Shown in pieces: positions 32,035-49,522 of a stretch of 64,000 nucleotides of DNA. This DNA comes from Neocallimastix sp. 'constans' (lineage: Eukaryota): the NCBI GenBank assembly GCA_050613775.1, contig JBODTK010000113.1, positions 124,001-188,000 on the forward strand, given 5' to 3'. Below the pieces are notes generated by a model. It was not told where the DNA came from and did no database searches. It saw only the letters and a program-made list of their open reading frames with translations. Both the position numbers and the translations under genes were made by a program. Within the stretch, counting starts at the first letter, position 1; each line of letters opens with the position of its first letter.

Positions 32035-33861
32035 TTTAGGTGAGTATAAATATATATGTATATTAAATGTATTCATTTAAAAAAAAAAAAAATTTTTTTT
32101 TTTTAAATCATTATAAAATTTTTTTAGAGATATTTTATCTATAAAGTTAAAATAGAATAATAAATAATAATCTTATTATTATTAATATATGTATAATTTA
32201 ACAGATATCAATATAAACCTTTATGTTTTGATAAAGCATCTTCCGATTCATTTTTTTTCATCCATGACTGAAGATCAATAAATGGATAATATACTATATA
32301 TATAAAAATAATATATATATATATGAAAATATTAATATTTTTTTTTTTCTAATTTATTATTTTAAACGTTAATTATAAATTAATATATATATATATATAT
32401 TTAATATATATATTTAATACCATTAATATTTCCATCTTTATATATTTTATATTTATTTAATTCATCTATAAATATAGAATTTAAATATAATTGATATTAA
32501 TAATTTCATTAATATGTATATAATAAAATAAAATATAATATTTATGTAATATATAATATACAATCTATAATCTCTTAATTACCTTTTATATAAAGTCGTA
32601 AAAGCTTAAATTTTTTTCTGGTAAACCTTTCCATTTCTTTTATAACTTCGGTATCTTCATCTTCTCGTTTTGAAAATTCTTTTAATTCTTTAATATATCT
32701 ATCTAAAAATTTTATATAATGCTCTAAATCTCTTAATCTTTCTATAAATAATTTCTGTTGTTGATGTTGTGTACTATTCATTGATTGAGTTTTTGTAACA
32801 TTTTTTAATTGGGTATTAAAATCTTTTAAACCTTTGATAATTTCTTCCTTGTTCCCATCAACTCCTGAATTTCCTTGATCATTCTTATGAATTAAGATTT
32901 CATCATCTAAAATTACTGATTCACATTTATTATCATTATCATTATTATTATCATTATTATTATCATTAATATTATTGTTATTATGACTATGGTTATTATT
33001 ATTATTATTGTTGTTGTTGTTGTTGCTGCTGTTACTGTTACTGTTACTGTCGCTGCTGTAATGCTTTTTCTTACTTTTATTTTTATTATAAAAATTAATA
33101 CTATTCATTATTTCTCTTATTTTTTCTTCTTTTTCTTCTTTTTTTTCATATATTTCAAAATTATTTGAATTCGAATTCAATATGAAATCCTTTTCTTGAT
33201 TTTTATCTTGACGACTGTTTAAAGTATAGGGTTCTATATCAATTATTTGTTGAGATAAATATGGTAACTTTCCTTTCTGTTTCTGACATAATTTTTCTTT
33301 ATTAATAAGTAGAGATTCATTAACGGAGAAATTTCGAGTAATTTTTGCTTTTTCTTCGCTATTCAAATTCATAATATCTTTTACTTTCATTGTTTCTAAT
33401 AGATTATACTTATTTTTATTATTCATTTCAATACTGTTACTTGAATATATATTATTAACACTATTACTGGATATTAATTCTCCTGAAATGTATCTTATGG
33501 AATCAATAATAGGTTTATTTTTATTATATTTATTACTATTGTTTTTTTCAACATGGCTATTTCGTTTATCGTCATTAGTATTTTTATTTCTTATTGATGA
33601 TATAATATTACAGGAATTATTATATTTTTTCTATATAATCATCATAATTAAATATAAAATAGTAAAAAAAAATAAATATTTCCAATAATATAATTATATA
33701 GTATATTATAATTTCAATATTATATATTATATATTATATATATATATATATAATTATAGTTAGTCTATACTATAAATAGTTTGAAAATAAACGAAATAAA
33801 TATAATAATAAAAGTAATTATAACAAATAGATTCCATGTCCTCAAAAAAATAATAATAATA

Positions 33862-33894
<33 letters not shown>

Positions 33895-36437
33895 TAATTT
33901 ACTTTTAAATTATCAAAATTAGATAGTAAAGTTATATAATAATTATTATTTTTATTTTCATTTAAATTTGGATTATATGAGTTAGAAATATTATAATTTT
34001 CTGGATCATCTCTTTTATCATCTAGATTGATGAGAGTTTCTTCTTTTGACAAATAATTATTCGGTATTGGATATTGAGTAATATTACTACAGTCAATCTC
34101 AATAAATTTATTATCATTCAAAATTGTGACACTGGAATCCAATCTTTTAACGCAATAATAATATAATTAGAGTAATTAAATGAAATAATATACATATTTA
34201 ATATATATATCATCTTAATTAAATATTTAATGATTTAACGTATTCATTTATATATTTATGTATGTATATATATGTGTATGTATTAATAAATTTTTAAATT
34301 TTACCTATTATTTTGGTCAACCAACTATTATTATATCAAAAACATTAATTATAAAATTATTAATCAATTAAAAAAAAAAAAAAAAGAAAAAAATATGATT
34401 CAGTATATATATATGTTTATATTGTTTATATGTAATATTAAAAATATATATATATATATATATATATGTTTATATATATTATTAGTATTATAATATAAAA
34501 TAAAATAATAAAAATAAAATAAAATAAAAAATATTAACTTCAAAGATTTTATTTTCATAATTTTCTTTCAAAGCATTTTTATCATCCAAATATTTTTTAT
34601 ATTTATTAGGTTTTAAAAGAACTGAAGGTGCATCATTAAAATTAGATATTAAATTTGAATTCGAATTTATATCTGTACTCATATTTCTGCTTATACTAGT
34701 GTTCAAATTTATACTAGTACCAATTGTACTATCTTCTAACGATATGATATCATTGCAATACTTTATATCAATAGTAGATGAATCTAAAAAGTCTAAACTT
34801 TCTACAACCTCTTTAATAACTCTATCAGAATGGTTATCCTTATTGTTATCTGATGAGGCTTTTTCATCATTGTTATCTGGTAAGGTTTTTTCATCATTAT
34901 TACACAATAATGTCTTTTCATCATTATTACATGATAAAGTTTTTTCATCATCATTACCTAAAAAGAATTCGACTTTGATTTCACTATTATTAATATCTCT
35001 AATATCAAATGTAAAATAATGATTTTCGTTACTGTTGTCATCATCTTCATTATAATTATTATAATTATAATTATTATAATTAATTAAAACTTTGTAATTA
35101 GGATCATCATTATTTTCATTATTTTTATCATCATAACTATTATTATTATTAACATTGTCATCATCATCATCATCATTATCATCAGTATTAGTATTAATAT
35201 TAATATTTGTATCATGATGGATAGACATATTATCTATATCGCTAATTTCATCGCTGGTATCAGATAAAGAAGAACTGCTGTCACTATCCTCTAAAGAAAC
35301 AATATCATAATCATAACCTCTAAATACTATATCCTTCACTGAATTTTCCTCTGAATTATTTTCTTCATCATATACAGGTTTAATATCAAAATAGGATAAT
35401 TTCAATTCATCTTCCTCTCGCTATTTATATAAATATATATATATATTATTAATTTAAATTAAAAAAATATTTAATTTAAATAAACATATAAATATTTATA
35501 TATATATATAATACAGTAAAATAATAAATCCATTACATTATTTTATTTATTATTATATCGAATTTAATAAATATTTATAATTATATATATATATATACAA
35601 TTATATATAATTACCTTCATTCTAATTTTTTCAAAATATCGAATGATTGAATTGATAATATGTAATGGTGCAATTAAAGTAGTATGCATATCTGCTGTTT
35701 CTAAACATTCAATAATATTCGGTGCAAATACAATACATAAATTTTCAATATCCATTTTATTATATTTTTTATATTTATCGATATAAAATATAAATTCTAA
35801 TATATAAAGTAAAGTATCATATCTCTGTTTCGGTAATTGTGATAATGCTTCTCTGATTTTATCATCTGAATCTAAATAGAAACCATGTACGATAATAATA
35901 TTTATATAAATATATAAAGTTAATAAATATCAATCATATATATTTATATATATATTTATATATATATATTTTTTTTTAATTTTGGATTAATAAATTATTC
36001 GTTATTTTCATAATAATAATTAATTTAAAACTTTAAAATTAATAAATCAATAAAATTTAATTTAAAAAAAAGTATATATATATCAATATTTTTTTTTTCA
36101 AACCTTTCGCTGATTCAAATAATGTAAACAAATTTTTTGGTATAATCTTTCCTGATAATTCTCTTAAAAATTGTTTAAATAATGTGGCGATAGCATGAAC
36201 ATCACTATAATTTGTAAAATCTATTTTTCCAGCTATTAGATACATATAATACATTTTTTGTTGAATAATACAAAAAAAAAATATATATATATATATAATA
36301 GAATAGAATATAAAATTAAAAATAATAATTATTATTATTTATTAATATAATATTAGTATGGTTCAATTTTTTAATTTTTTTTTTTTACTCATTATTATTA
36401 TTAACTCGTTTTAATATTTTGTTGAATTTTATATATA

Positions 36438-36468
<31 letters not shown>

Positions 36469-37192
36469 TTAATCTTACATTTATCAATTTTTTCTTTTAT
36501 TTCATTTTTTAAATTATAACATCCTCCCAATCGAAATATTCCTTCTTTCATTAATACTATTTATATAATTCCATATAATTCCATATAATATATCAAAAAA
36601 TTAATTTTTTTTTTAATATGCATATATATTAATATTTAGTAAATCAAAAAAAAAAAATTTTTTTTTTTTTTTTAATTAAAATTTCATTAAAATTATTAAT
36701 ATTAACTTTTATCTTGTTTTAAATAATTTACGAATTGTTGTATTTCTATAGGTATATTTTCTAAACTGTATTCAGACTGAAATATACTTTCCATTGTAAT
36801 TATATGAGTTTCATCGATTAGATCATTTTTTAATATTTCTGTTTTCTTTTCAGTAACAGGAGTAGGAATTAAATTATCAATATTTCTTGTATCATTACTT
36901 TTATTATTATTATTATCCTTATTATCTAGAATATCTTTATTATTTTTATTCTTTGTATTCTTTTTATTCTTTTTATTATTGTTGTAACTGTTTTTTGATT
37001 TAAAAGAAGTATTATCTTCTAGTGATGATGATGATGATGATGATGTTTTCTTGTTATGATTTGCTTTATTTGTCTTTTTATTATTTTTATCTTCATGATT
37101 TGTAGTTTATTTCGATATTTATCAATATTAAATTAAATAAATAAATAAAAAAGAAAAAAAAAATGTTATAACAACAGATATAGAATTTTTTG

Positions 37193-37229
<37 letters not shown>

Positions 37230-37532
37230 TTAGCAAAATATATTATATTAAAATATATTTATAAAAATGAACTATTTTTTTTAGAATATATTTATTAATA
37301 AAATATATATATATATATATTAATGAGATGAATTATATATTGTACTTTCTAATTCTTTAATAGTTAATACTCTTTGACGTTCCATTAGCTCTTCAATAGA
37401 AAGACCAAATAACTGTGTACCCCATATACGAGGATTATTTGATTTTGTCCCCTGTAGAGAGGAAACAGTTTCTGGAAAAATATATTTATTTATATTTTCA
37501 TTGTTTTTTAAATATTTTCTTAATAAATACAT
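30818..37532 (-). CDS. FAM13-like RhoGAP-domain protein, multi-exon
   Basis: N-terminal RhoGAP motifs: LFGLSIEELM, IPIEIQQFVNYL, EGIFRLGG (arginine finger), DVHAIATLFKQFLREL, NKMDIENLCIVFAPNI. Long N/D-rich middle. C-terminal KKKLQEELITYQENFYKKNGRPIKTKNDLKPIEAQYKRYK/ELK resembles the FAM13 tail. Some internal exon edges are uncertain. Confidence 0.8.
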
Positions 37533-37651
37533 TATTATTTATTTATTATTATTATTATTATTAATTTATAGCGATAATTTGGATAGTAAAAAATAATTTT
37601 TAAAAAAACAATTTTTTTTTTTTTGACTATTAATTTTTTTTTTAATATATA

Positions 37652-37702
<51 letters not shown>

Positions 37703-38819
37703 ATATATATATATATATATATATAATTATCTCTACTTATAAAACTTTTTCTTTTCTATTTATTTATTTTTTATTTTTTTTTATCTTTTTATCTTTTATC
37801 TTTTATTTATCCTTTATATTAAATATCTTTGGGTACTATACTCTTTTAATTAAAAAGTTTATTCTTTTATTATGTTTTTTTTTTTTTTTTCTTTTAATAA
37901 ATATATATAAAATTGAATAAATTATCTACATAATATTACTTTATTCTAAAATATGTTTTATTAAATTTTTTTTTTATTCTTTTTATCTTATTAATTATTT
38001 GTATTTGTGTGTGTTCTATACTCTTTTAATTAAAAAGTTTATTCTTATTGTATAAAAACAATGATTAAAATATTTATATATATATATGTATATGTATATA
38101 TAATTCATATAATACTTATTATATGAAATGATTAATATAAAAAAAATTTTTTTATTTTTATTTTTATTTTTAATATGTATATGTTATATAAAAATATTAT
38201 TGTTGTTTCTTTCTTTTTTTTTTTTTCATTAATTAAGTTACTAATCTAGTAGTAACTTTTTTTTTTTTCAAATTTCGAATTTTATAATTCAAAACTTTTT
38301 TTAAAATATTATATGATTTTTATATAATTTTCTTTTTTTTTTTCTTTCTTTCTTTATTATTATTATTAGTTTTTAACTTTCTTTTTTTTAATTTCTTTTT
38401 TTTTTTTTCTCTCTCTTTTCTTAACTGTTTTTACTGTAATTGTGATATTTAATACTTCTCTTTTTTTTTCTTTTTTCTATTATTTTCATAATATTATATT
38501 TAACTTTTTATTTTTAACTTTTTCTGTTGTGCTGCGAAAAAAAATATATAATAATAATAATAATTTTTTTTAATGATATTTTTTCTTTCTAGTTTATTAT
38601 TATAAATTAGAATTTATAATTATTTATGGTTATATAATATTTTAGTATTTTTTTTTTTTTTTTTATTTTTTAATAATTTTATTTTCTTATATTTTTTTTT
38701 AATTTATTAATTAATAAAATTTTTAATTTAATTTATTTGATAAACTTAATTAATCTTAAAAAAAATCATATTTTATTATTTTATATTTTATTTATATATT
38801 TTATTATTTTAATATTTCT

Positions 38820-39440
38820 AAATTCTATATTTTATATTTTATATTTTATATTTTATTATTTTAATATTTCTAACTATATTTTATATTTTATATTTTATTA
38901 TTTTATATTTCTATATTTTATATTTTATATTTTATATTTTATATTTTATATTTTATATTTTATATTTTATATTTTATATTTTATATAATAATATATTTTA
39001 TATTTTATATTTTATATTTTATATTTTATATTTTATATTTTATATTTTATATTTTATATTTTATATTTTATATTTTATATTTTATATTTTATATAATAAT
39101 ATATTTTATATTTTATATTTTATATTTTATATTTTATATTTTATATTTTATATTTTATATTTTATATTTTATATTTTATATTTTATATTTTATATTTTAT
39201 ATTTTATATTTTATATTTTATATTTTATATTTTATATTTTATATTTTATATTTTATATTTTATATTTTATATTTTATATTTTATATTTTATATTTTATAT
39301 TTTATATTTTATATTTTATATTTTATATTTTAATATTTTATATTTTATATATTTTTTATTTTTTTTTTATTTTTTTTTTTATTTTTTATTTTATATTTTT
39401 TATTTTATATTTTATATTTTATATTTTATATTTTAATATT
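38820..39440. repeat. (TATTTTA)n 7-mer tandem repeat
   Basis: About 600 bp near-perfect array; a related degenerate tract lies at ~29620-29800. Confidence 0.92.
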
Positions 39441-39717
39441 TTATATATATATATATATTTTTATATATTATTGTGTATGGCACGATATCATTTACATTAA
39501 AAAAAAAAAAAAAAAAAAAAAACATTTATTTTATTAGATATATATATATATGTTTAAATATATATCATGAAAAAAAAAATAATAATAAATTTTTTTAATA
39601 AAATAAAAAATAAAAAAAAATAAAACGTCCTTTAAACTCATATTAAATTAAATAATAATTAATATAAAATATTTAATATATAATAAATAATATATAATAT
39701 TGTTATTAATTTGAAAA

Positions 39718-39748
<31 letters not shown>

Positions 39749-39851
39749 TAATATAAAATAAAAAAATTAAATAAAATAAAAATCGTTATAATGAAAAATT
39801 CGTTATTCTTATTAATTTATTATCTTTATTCAACATGGTCAATAAATAAAA

Positions 39852-39884
<33 letters not shown>

Positions 39885-40959
39885 TTATATAGATAGATAT
39901 ATATATTAAAATAGTATTCTGGGGATTATAAATCAAAACTCGTTTTTTCACTTTTATGAAATATTAAACATTTTAACGATATAGTAAAAGTTATCACACA
40001 TTACAAATAAAAAATATTTCAAAATATTCTAATTATCCTTTCATTTAATAAATGAAAAATCTTTATTTTAATTGATGATATATTGTTATTATTATTATTT
40101 TTTCAAATAAATAAATAAATAAATAAATAAATTTTTTTTTTGTACTGAAGTATAAAATAATTCTTATACTTTAAAGCAATTGAAAACCTGTCAATTAAAA
40201 ACAAATATATATTTAAAAACAAAATTCTTCCTCACAATTTATTTATTTTAACTTAATTAACAAATTTAAAACTGAGCTTTCTTTGTCTTTTTTTCCTTTA
40301 AAATTTTTTTTTATCTTGGTTATAAACTTTAAAAAGTTTATTTTGAAAATAATAAAAAAAAATATTCTTCACTTATAATTTTCATATTATTATATTAATA
40401 ATATTTATATTAGATTTAAATAAAACTTTAAGAGCAATCCATATTAATTTGTATATATTTTTTAAATTCAATTATAAAAGTAAAAATCTCTGTATCGAAA
40501 TCATTAATTTATAATAAAAGAAAATAATCTTAATACACATAATAAAAAAGACTTTTCAACCTTCTTTTTTTAAAAAATTAACATGAAAATAATTACTTCC
40601 TTATATATGATATTAATTATACGATTCAATAATTATCATATTTTCTCGTTTTATTCTTTTCCAATAATATTTATCTTTCATTAAATATATTTTTCGTATT
40701 TATGTAATATTTAAATTTATTGAATGGTTTAAAATATAAATTTTATAATATATATTAAATCCTCTTTAAACACTTCGAAAAAGATTATATAAAGTCTATT
40801 GTTTATTTGATGTGCGTATTAAAAAAAATAAAATATGATCAAAATTTATTCCCTTTCTTTAAATAAAAAAAATCTACTTTTTTATTGTCTTTTTATTTAT
40901 ACTTTAAAAGTTACAAAATTTCCGTTTAAATATTGTTTATTTGTGTATAAATAACAAGC

Positions 40960-41857
40960 TTAGAAGCGGAGCTTTTGGAAGAACCATTTGTTCTTACCAC
41001 TCTTGTATCTATTTTTATAAAATTATATATTACTTTGTAAATATACCTTATCTACTTCATTGTATTTTTATTTTTCAAATTATTTAAATTTTATAATATA
41101 TTTTTACCTTTCTTCGAAAGCCTTCTTGATAACCTTACGGGTTTGGATTCTTTGGCTTGGGTCCTTGAAAGCATCAAGAGTAACGTTTTGCTTTAAATCG
41201 ACATCAAGACTGTATCTAGTTGGCATGATGTGATTGAAGTTAACAACCTTAACGAATGGCTTAACCTTAGAACGCTTAGCAACAAGCTTTTGACCCATAG
41301 ACTTAGTAACCTTTAATGGGTATCTTTCAATACCAGCAACAATGGCGTGTGGGTATGGACGTTCCTTAGTACCTTCATCATAATGTATTTAAAATTAACG
41401 CAATATATAATAATAATAATATATTAAAACGCAACATTGGTTAAGGAATATATTATTTTTTACCTTTAATTATTATATATATATATATATAATTTATATA
41501 TTTAAAATATTGATTAAATCATTATCATTATTCTTTATATAAAAAGGATATTTTTAACAATGACGGCCTTCTTTCCGGCGAAACGACCTTGTAAGATAAG
41601 AACAACCTATAGTAATTTCATACATTCAAATAAATATAACATATCAAATATACAATTAATAATCCATTACTACATACAACAATTATTAAAACTCTTATAT
41701 TCATTCATTCATCAAAATAAAAACATAATACAGTAATAAAATAAATAACATAATAAAACATAACATCTAATCTAAATATTTTTATAATTCATCATTCATA
41801 TTCATTAATATTATTCATTATTCCACACACCTTTCCTGGCTTGAGGAACTTGACCAT
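40960..41857 (-). CDS. RPL27: 60S ribosomal protein L27 (eL27), 4 exons, 135 aa
   Basis: Exons 41831-41857, 41552-41606, 41108-41384 and 40960-41008 total 408 nt: [54 protein letters not shown]...[19 protein letters not shown]. Confidence 0.98.
41385..41551 (-). other. U12-type (minor spliceosome) AT-AC intron, 167 nt, RPL27 intron 2
   Basis: Donor ATATCCTTT (41551-41543), branch site TTCCTTAAC (41448-41440), acceptor TAC ending at 41385. Removal restores the conserved KAVIVKNYDEGT. Confidence 0.93.
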
Positions 41858-42103
41858 GATGCCTTTAGGACTAATAAATAATATTAATTAAAAGAGGGTT
41901 TAAAACGGTTTTTCAAAAGTGAATCTCTTGAATAATAAAATAGAATATAATAAATTTACCCAATCAATGATTTGTATCTATATTAAGCCACTTTATTATT
42001 TATATTATTTATAAATATTTAATAAATTAATGTATATATTAATGTATATATTTTAATATATTATTAATACATTATTTTAATATATATATTTATTTATTTA
42101 TTA

Positions 42104-42151
<48 letters not shown>

Positions 42152-42230
42152 TTATTTATTTATTTATTTATTATTTATTTATTTATTTATTATTTATTTA
42201 TTTATTATTTATTTATTTATTTATTTATTT

Positions 42231-42314
<84 letters not shown>

Positions 42315-42434
42315 TTAATTTATTGCTTTAGAAATTTAACAGTTAATTCATCTGTTCATTTAATAAATTTTATATTAATATTTTCATTGCTGATATTATT
42401 ACTATTATTACCAAAACTATTCCTATTGTTATTA

Positions 42435-42900
42435 TTAATCTTCATTACTATTATCAGAATTAGTACTTGATTCTATATTATTCATATCTATGGCAATAGT
42501 GTTTACATATAATATTAGCTCAAAAATTATATTTATATCGAATAGTAATTTAAACACTGTTGTCATAGATATGAATAATATAGAATCAAGTACTAATTCT
42601 GATAGTAATAATTTTTGAGTTAATATGCTAGAGCTTAAAGCCTTTATTAATAAAATCATAACTTCTTTTGACATAGAAGAATAAGTATCTTTTATTTAAA
42701 ATAAAACTTTGATTAAAAATTACAAGAAGCTTCAATAGTGTTAGTTCAATATATTAATATTATTAACTTCTAAATAATATTTAAATATCCAATACTTCAA
42801 TTTTATTAATTAAAATAATTACAAAGTAACATAACAGAATAAAGATAACCTTAGTTCTTTGATCTAGTTAATTTATACTTATTTTTATGATTCCTGAAAA
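42435..42900 (-). pseudogene. Possible degenerate fragment of a membrane-protein gene
   Basis: 79-codon hydrophobic ORF in a ~500-bp patch of higher sequence complexity, with broken frames upstream; no family recognised. Confidence 0.2.
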
Positions 42901-43216
42901 TTGAAATATTCATATTATTAATAAATTATTTTATTATATAAATAATGATAGAATAATGCTTTTTATAATTAATTAAATACTATACTCATATAATTAATAT
43001 ATATATATTATATATATATATATCTTATTAATTCAAATAAAATTATATATATACATTCCTTATTTTATTTTTATTTATATTTTTATTTTTATTTTTATTT
43101 TTATTTTTATTTTTTATTTTTTATTTGTATTTGTATTTGTAATCTTTTATTTTATTTTTATTTATTTTTTTTTTTATTATTTCTTATTTTTATATTTATT
43201 TATTTATTTTTTTATT

Positions 43217-43248
<32 letters not shown>

Positions 43249-43300
43249 TTTTATTTAACTTTTATTTTTAATTTTTACTTATATAATAAGTATATAAGTA

Positions 43301-46678
<3,378 letters not shown>

Positions 46679-47565
46679 CTTGAAAATTGTTTTTATTATT
46701 TAAATTTTTATCAATTATTCGTTTGTCTATTTGCTTGCTTAATTTTAATGTTATTTTCTTATAATAATTAAATATTTTTCTTTTTTTACCAACTTTAAGT
46801 ATATACTTTTTTTGATATTATTCTTCCATTATTTTATTTTAATAAATATTATCGATAATTTTTCTTTTTCTCTTTTTTTTATAATTATTTTTTTATTTTT
46901 TCTTTATTAGTTTTGTTCCCTATTTTATTGATTTTTAATACATAGGAGGACAAATTTAAATAAATTTAAAGTTTAAAAAAAAAAAAAATTATTTATATAT
47001 TTATTTATTTATATATTTACTTATTTATATATTCATTTATTTATATATTCATTTATTTATATATTCATTTATTTATATATTTATTATTTATATATATATT
47101 AATATATTTATATATTTATATATATCTATTTATTTATTTATATTTTATTTATTTATATTTTATTTATTTCATTTATTTAATATATTCACATATATTAAAT
47201 ATATGAAATGACTGAAATAACCTAACCAGTTAAATAATATTCATTTTGTAATTAAAAAAATTAAAGGTCAAGTTCAAAGTTTCCATATATGGAAACTTTA
47301 TTGCTAAATTAAAATAAATTAAATTTATTTATATAGATAAATATTTAAATATAAGTTTATTTCTTATAAAATAAAAAATATATATAAAGAACTTTATAAC
47401 TATATTTAATGGTAAATCTTCATTTTGATCTCTCTCTATAGTTATTATACACCTTAAAATATAATTAACGAATTATTGACACTAAATACTTTATGTTCTA
47501 ACAAATGTATATATTGAGTTTTAATTTAAAACAAATATATATGTACTATTTCATAACAATAAATT

Positions 47566-47597
<32 letters not shown>

Positions 47598-47647
47598 TGA
47601 TAAAGCTTTTGATATAATTTATAAGAAATTTCAAACACATTTTATAA

Positions 47648-47688
<41 letters not shown>

Positions 47689-48475
47689 TTAAATAAAAAT
47701 AACTATAAATTAAATTAAAATTAAAAAAAAAATTAACAGATCATTTATTACATATAAAAAAATGAATATATATTATTTAACAATAAATGAACCATGGATA
47801 AAATAAACTAATTTGGATAACAATTAGAAAAAAAGAGTGTATACACTTAAAATAATAATAATAATAATGAAAATAATATCAATTATTCAATATTACTAAC
47901 CATATTTGTACTAAAGGTACATTAATTATTATTTAAGAAAGGAATTGAATTGAATGGGATATAAATTAATAATAAATAAAAATTATTATATCTATTATAA
48001 ATAATATATATTATCTATATTATATATAATTATTATATTTATTGTTATAATATTTACATTTTATTCTTATTTAATATTAATAAAAAAGGCTTAATTATTT
48101 TCAATAATTTTTAATTATTAATGTTTATATAAAAATAATATTAATTAAAAATTAGAATTAGTATTAATTTATTTATCAAAATATAGAATATATATAGAAA
48201 ATGAAATATTAAAAAATATAAAATATAATAATAATAATAATAATAATAAAATTATTAAGCTTTAATATAAAATGTATTTAATAACACATGTACATGTAAT
48301 ATATAAAATTGAAAGTTAATAATACATTTGTAAAAAAAAAAATTTATTAAGAAAGTATTTTAATAATATCAGTTTTTTTTTTTTAATTGTTTTATTATTT
48401 TTATTTTACTATATATAGATCTATAAATTGTTTATACATTTATATTAGAAAAAAATAATAAAATATAAATTGAAA

Positions 48476-49000
48476 ATGGCTGTTAATTACCAAAAATATT
48501 TAAATGATTATATTAATTCTGTAAATCTTGAATTAAATAAATACTATGATGCATTAAAGAGAATTCCAGAAATTGATTGTAAAACTTTTTTCACAGCAAA
48601 AAATCTTTTATCCATTAAAGAAAAATTCTGTGGTGATGCTCAAAAAATTCTTGATAATGTATGTAAAATATATATTTGTATATAAATAATTAATAATACT
48701 TTCTAAATATATATATATATATAAAATAATAATTTATTATTCATTAATATTTAAATAATGTAGGTTGTATGGAATGAAAGATTTATTATGATTGTTTGTA
48801 TGATCCATGCTTTAATTCTTATTAATATTATACAAGATAGAAGAAGTTACGGAAAGCAAATTTGCTATGTTATTTGTTTAAGTAAATAACTAAATTTATT
48901 ATATACACTAATATTATTATAACTATGTATAGAACATATTTCTTTTATATATTTCTTTTAATAATTAAATTATTTAATTATTAATAAAATCATTCATTAT

Positions 49001-49039
<39 letters not shown>

Positions 49040-49522
49040 TGTTTAAGTTTCTCTAGTGGTTTCTTAAATAAATTAGGAAGTGAAAACTGGACTAAATTTG
49101 CTTCAAAGAATTACTTTGACCAAGATGGAAAGTTCATGTTATTATTCTTAAACATACCAGTCTTAATTGAAGTATTCTTATGTTTAGTTAGTATTATAAA
49201 CTTTTACATGTATTTATGATATTATTATTATAATTATTAGATTTTCATTATAAATAACAATAACTTAAAAAAAAAATCAAATATAATATTTTCCATAACA
49301 CTAATTATATTCAATCTAAATATATATTAGGTTATTATTTGTATTTTATCTTTAATTTACCTTTGTTGTGGAAAGAAAAAGTCTAAGAAAACTAAATCCA
49401 GTAAGAAAAGTACTGCTAAAAAGCCAAAACCAGAACCAAAGAAACCAGTTTCAAAAGACGCTCAATTAAAAGGCAACGTTAAAAAACCATATAAGAAACC
49501 TCCAGTAAAAAAATTTAACTAA
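48476..49522 (+). CDS. TMEM18: TMEM18-like membrane protein, 4 exons
   Basis: MAVNYQ...DN/VVWNERFIMIVCMIH...QICYVICLT/CLSFSSGFLNKLGSENWTKFASKNYFDQDGKFMLLFLNIPVL...Lys-rich tail. NWxxF...YFDxxGxF is the TMEM18 signature. Confidence 0.85.

Noticed and set aside
37100..37350. Second AT-AC intron in the FAM13-like gene
   Set aside because: No ATATCC donor or U12 branch; a phase-compatible GT(ACAA)...AAG intron explains the junction.
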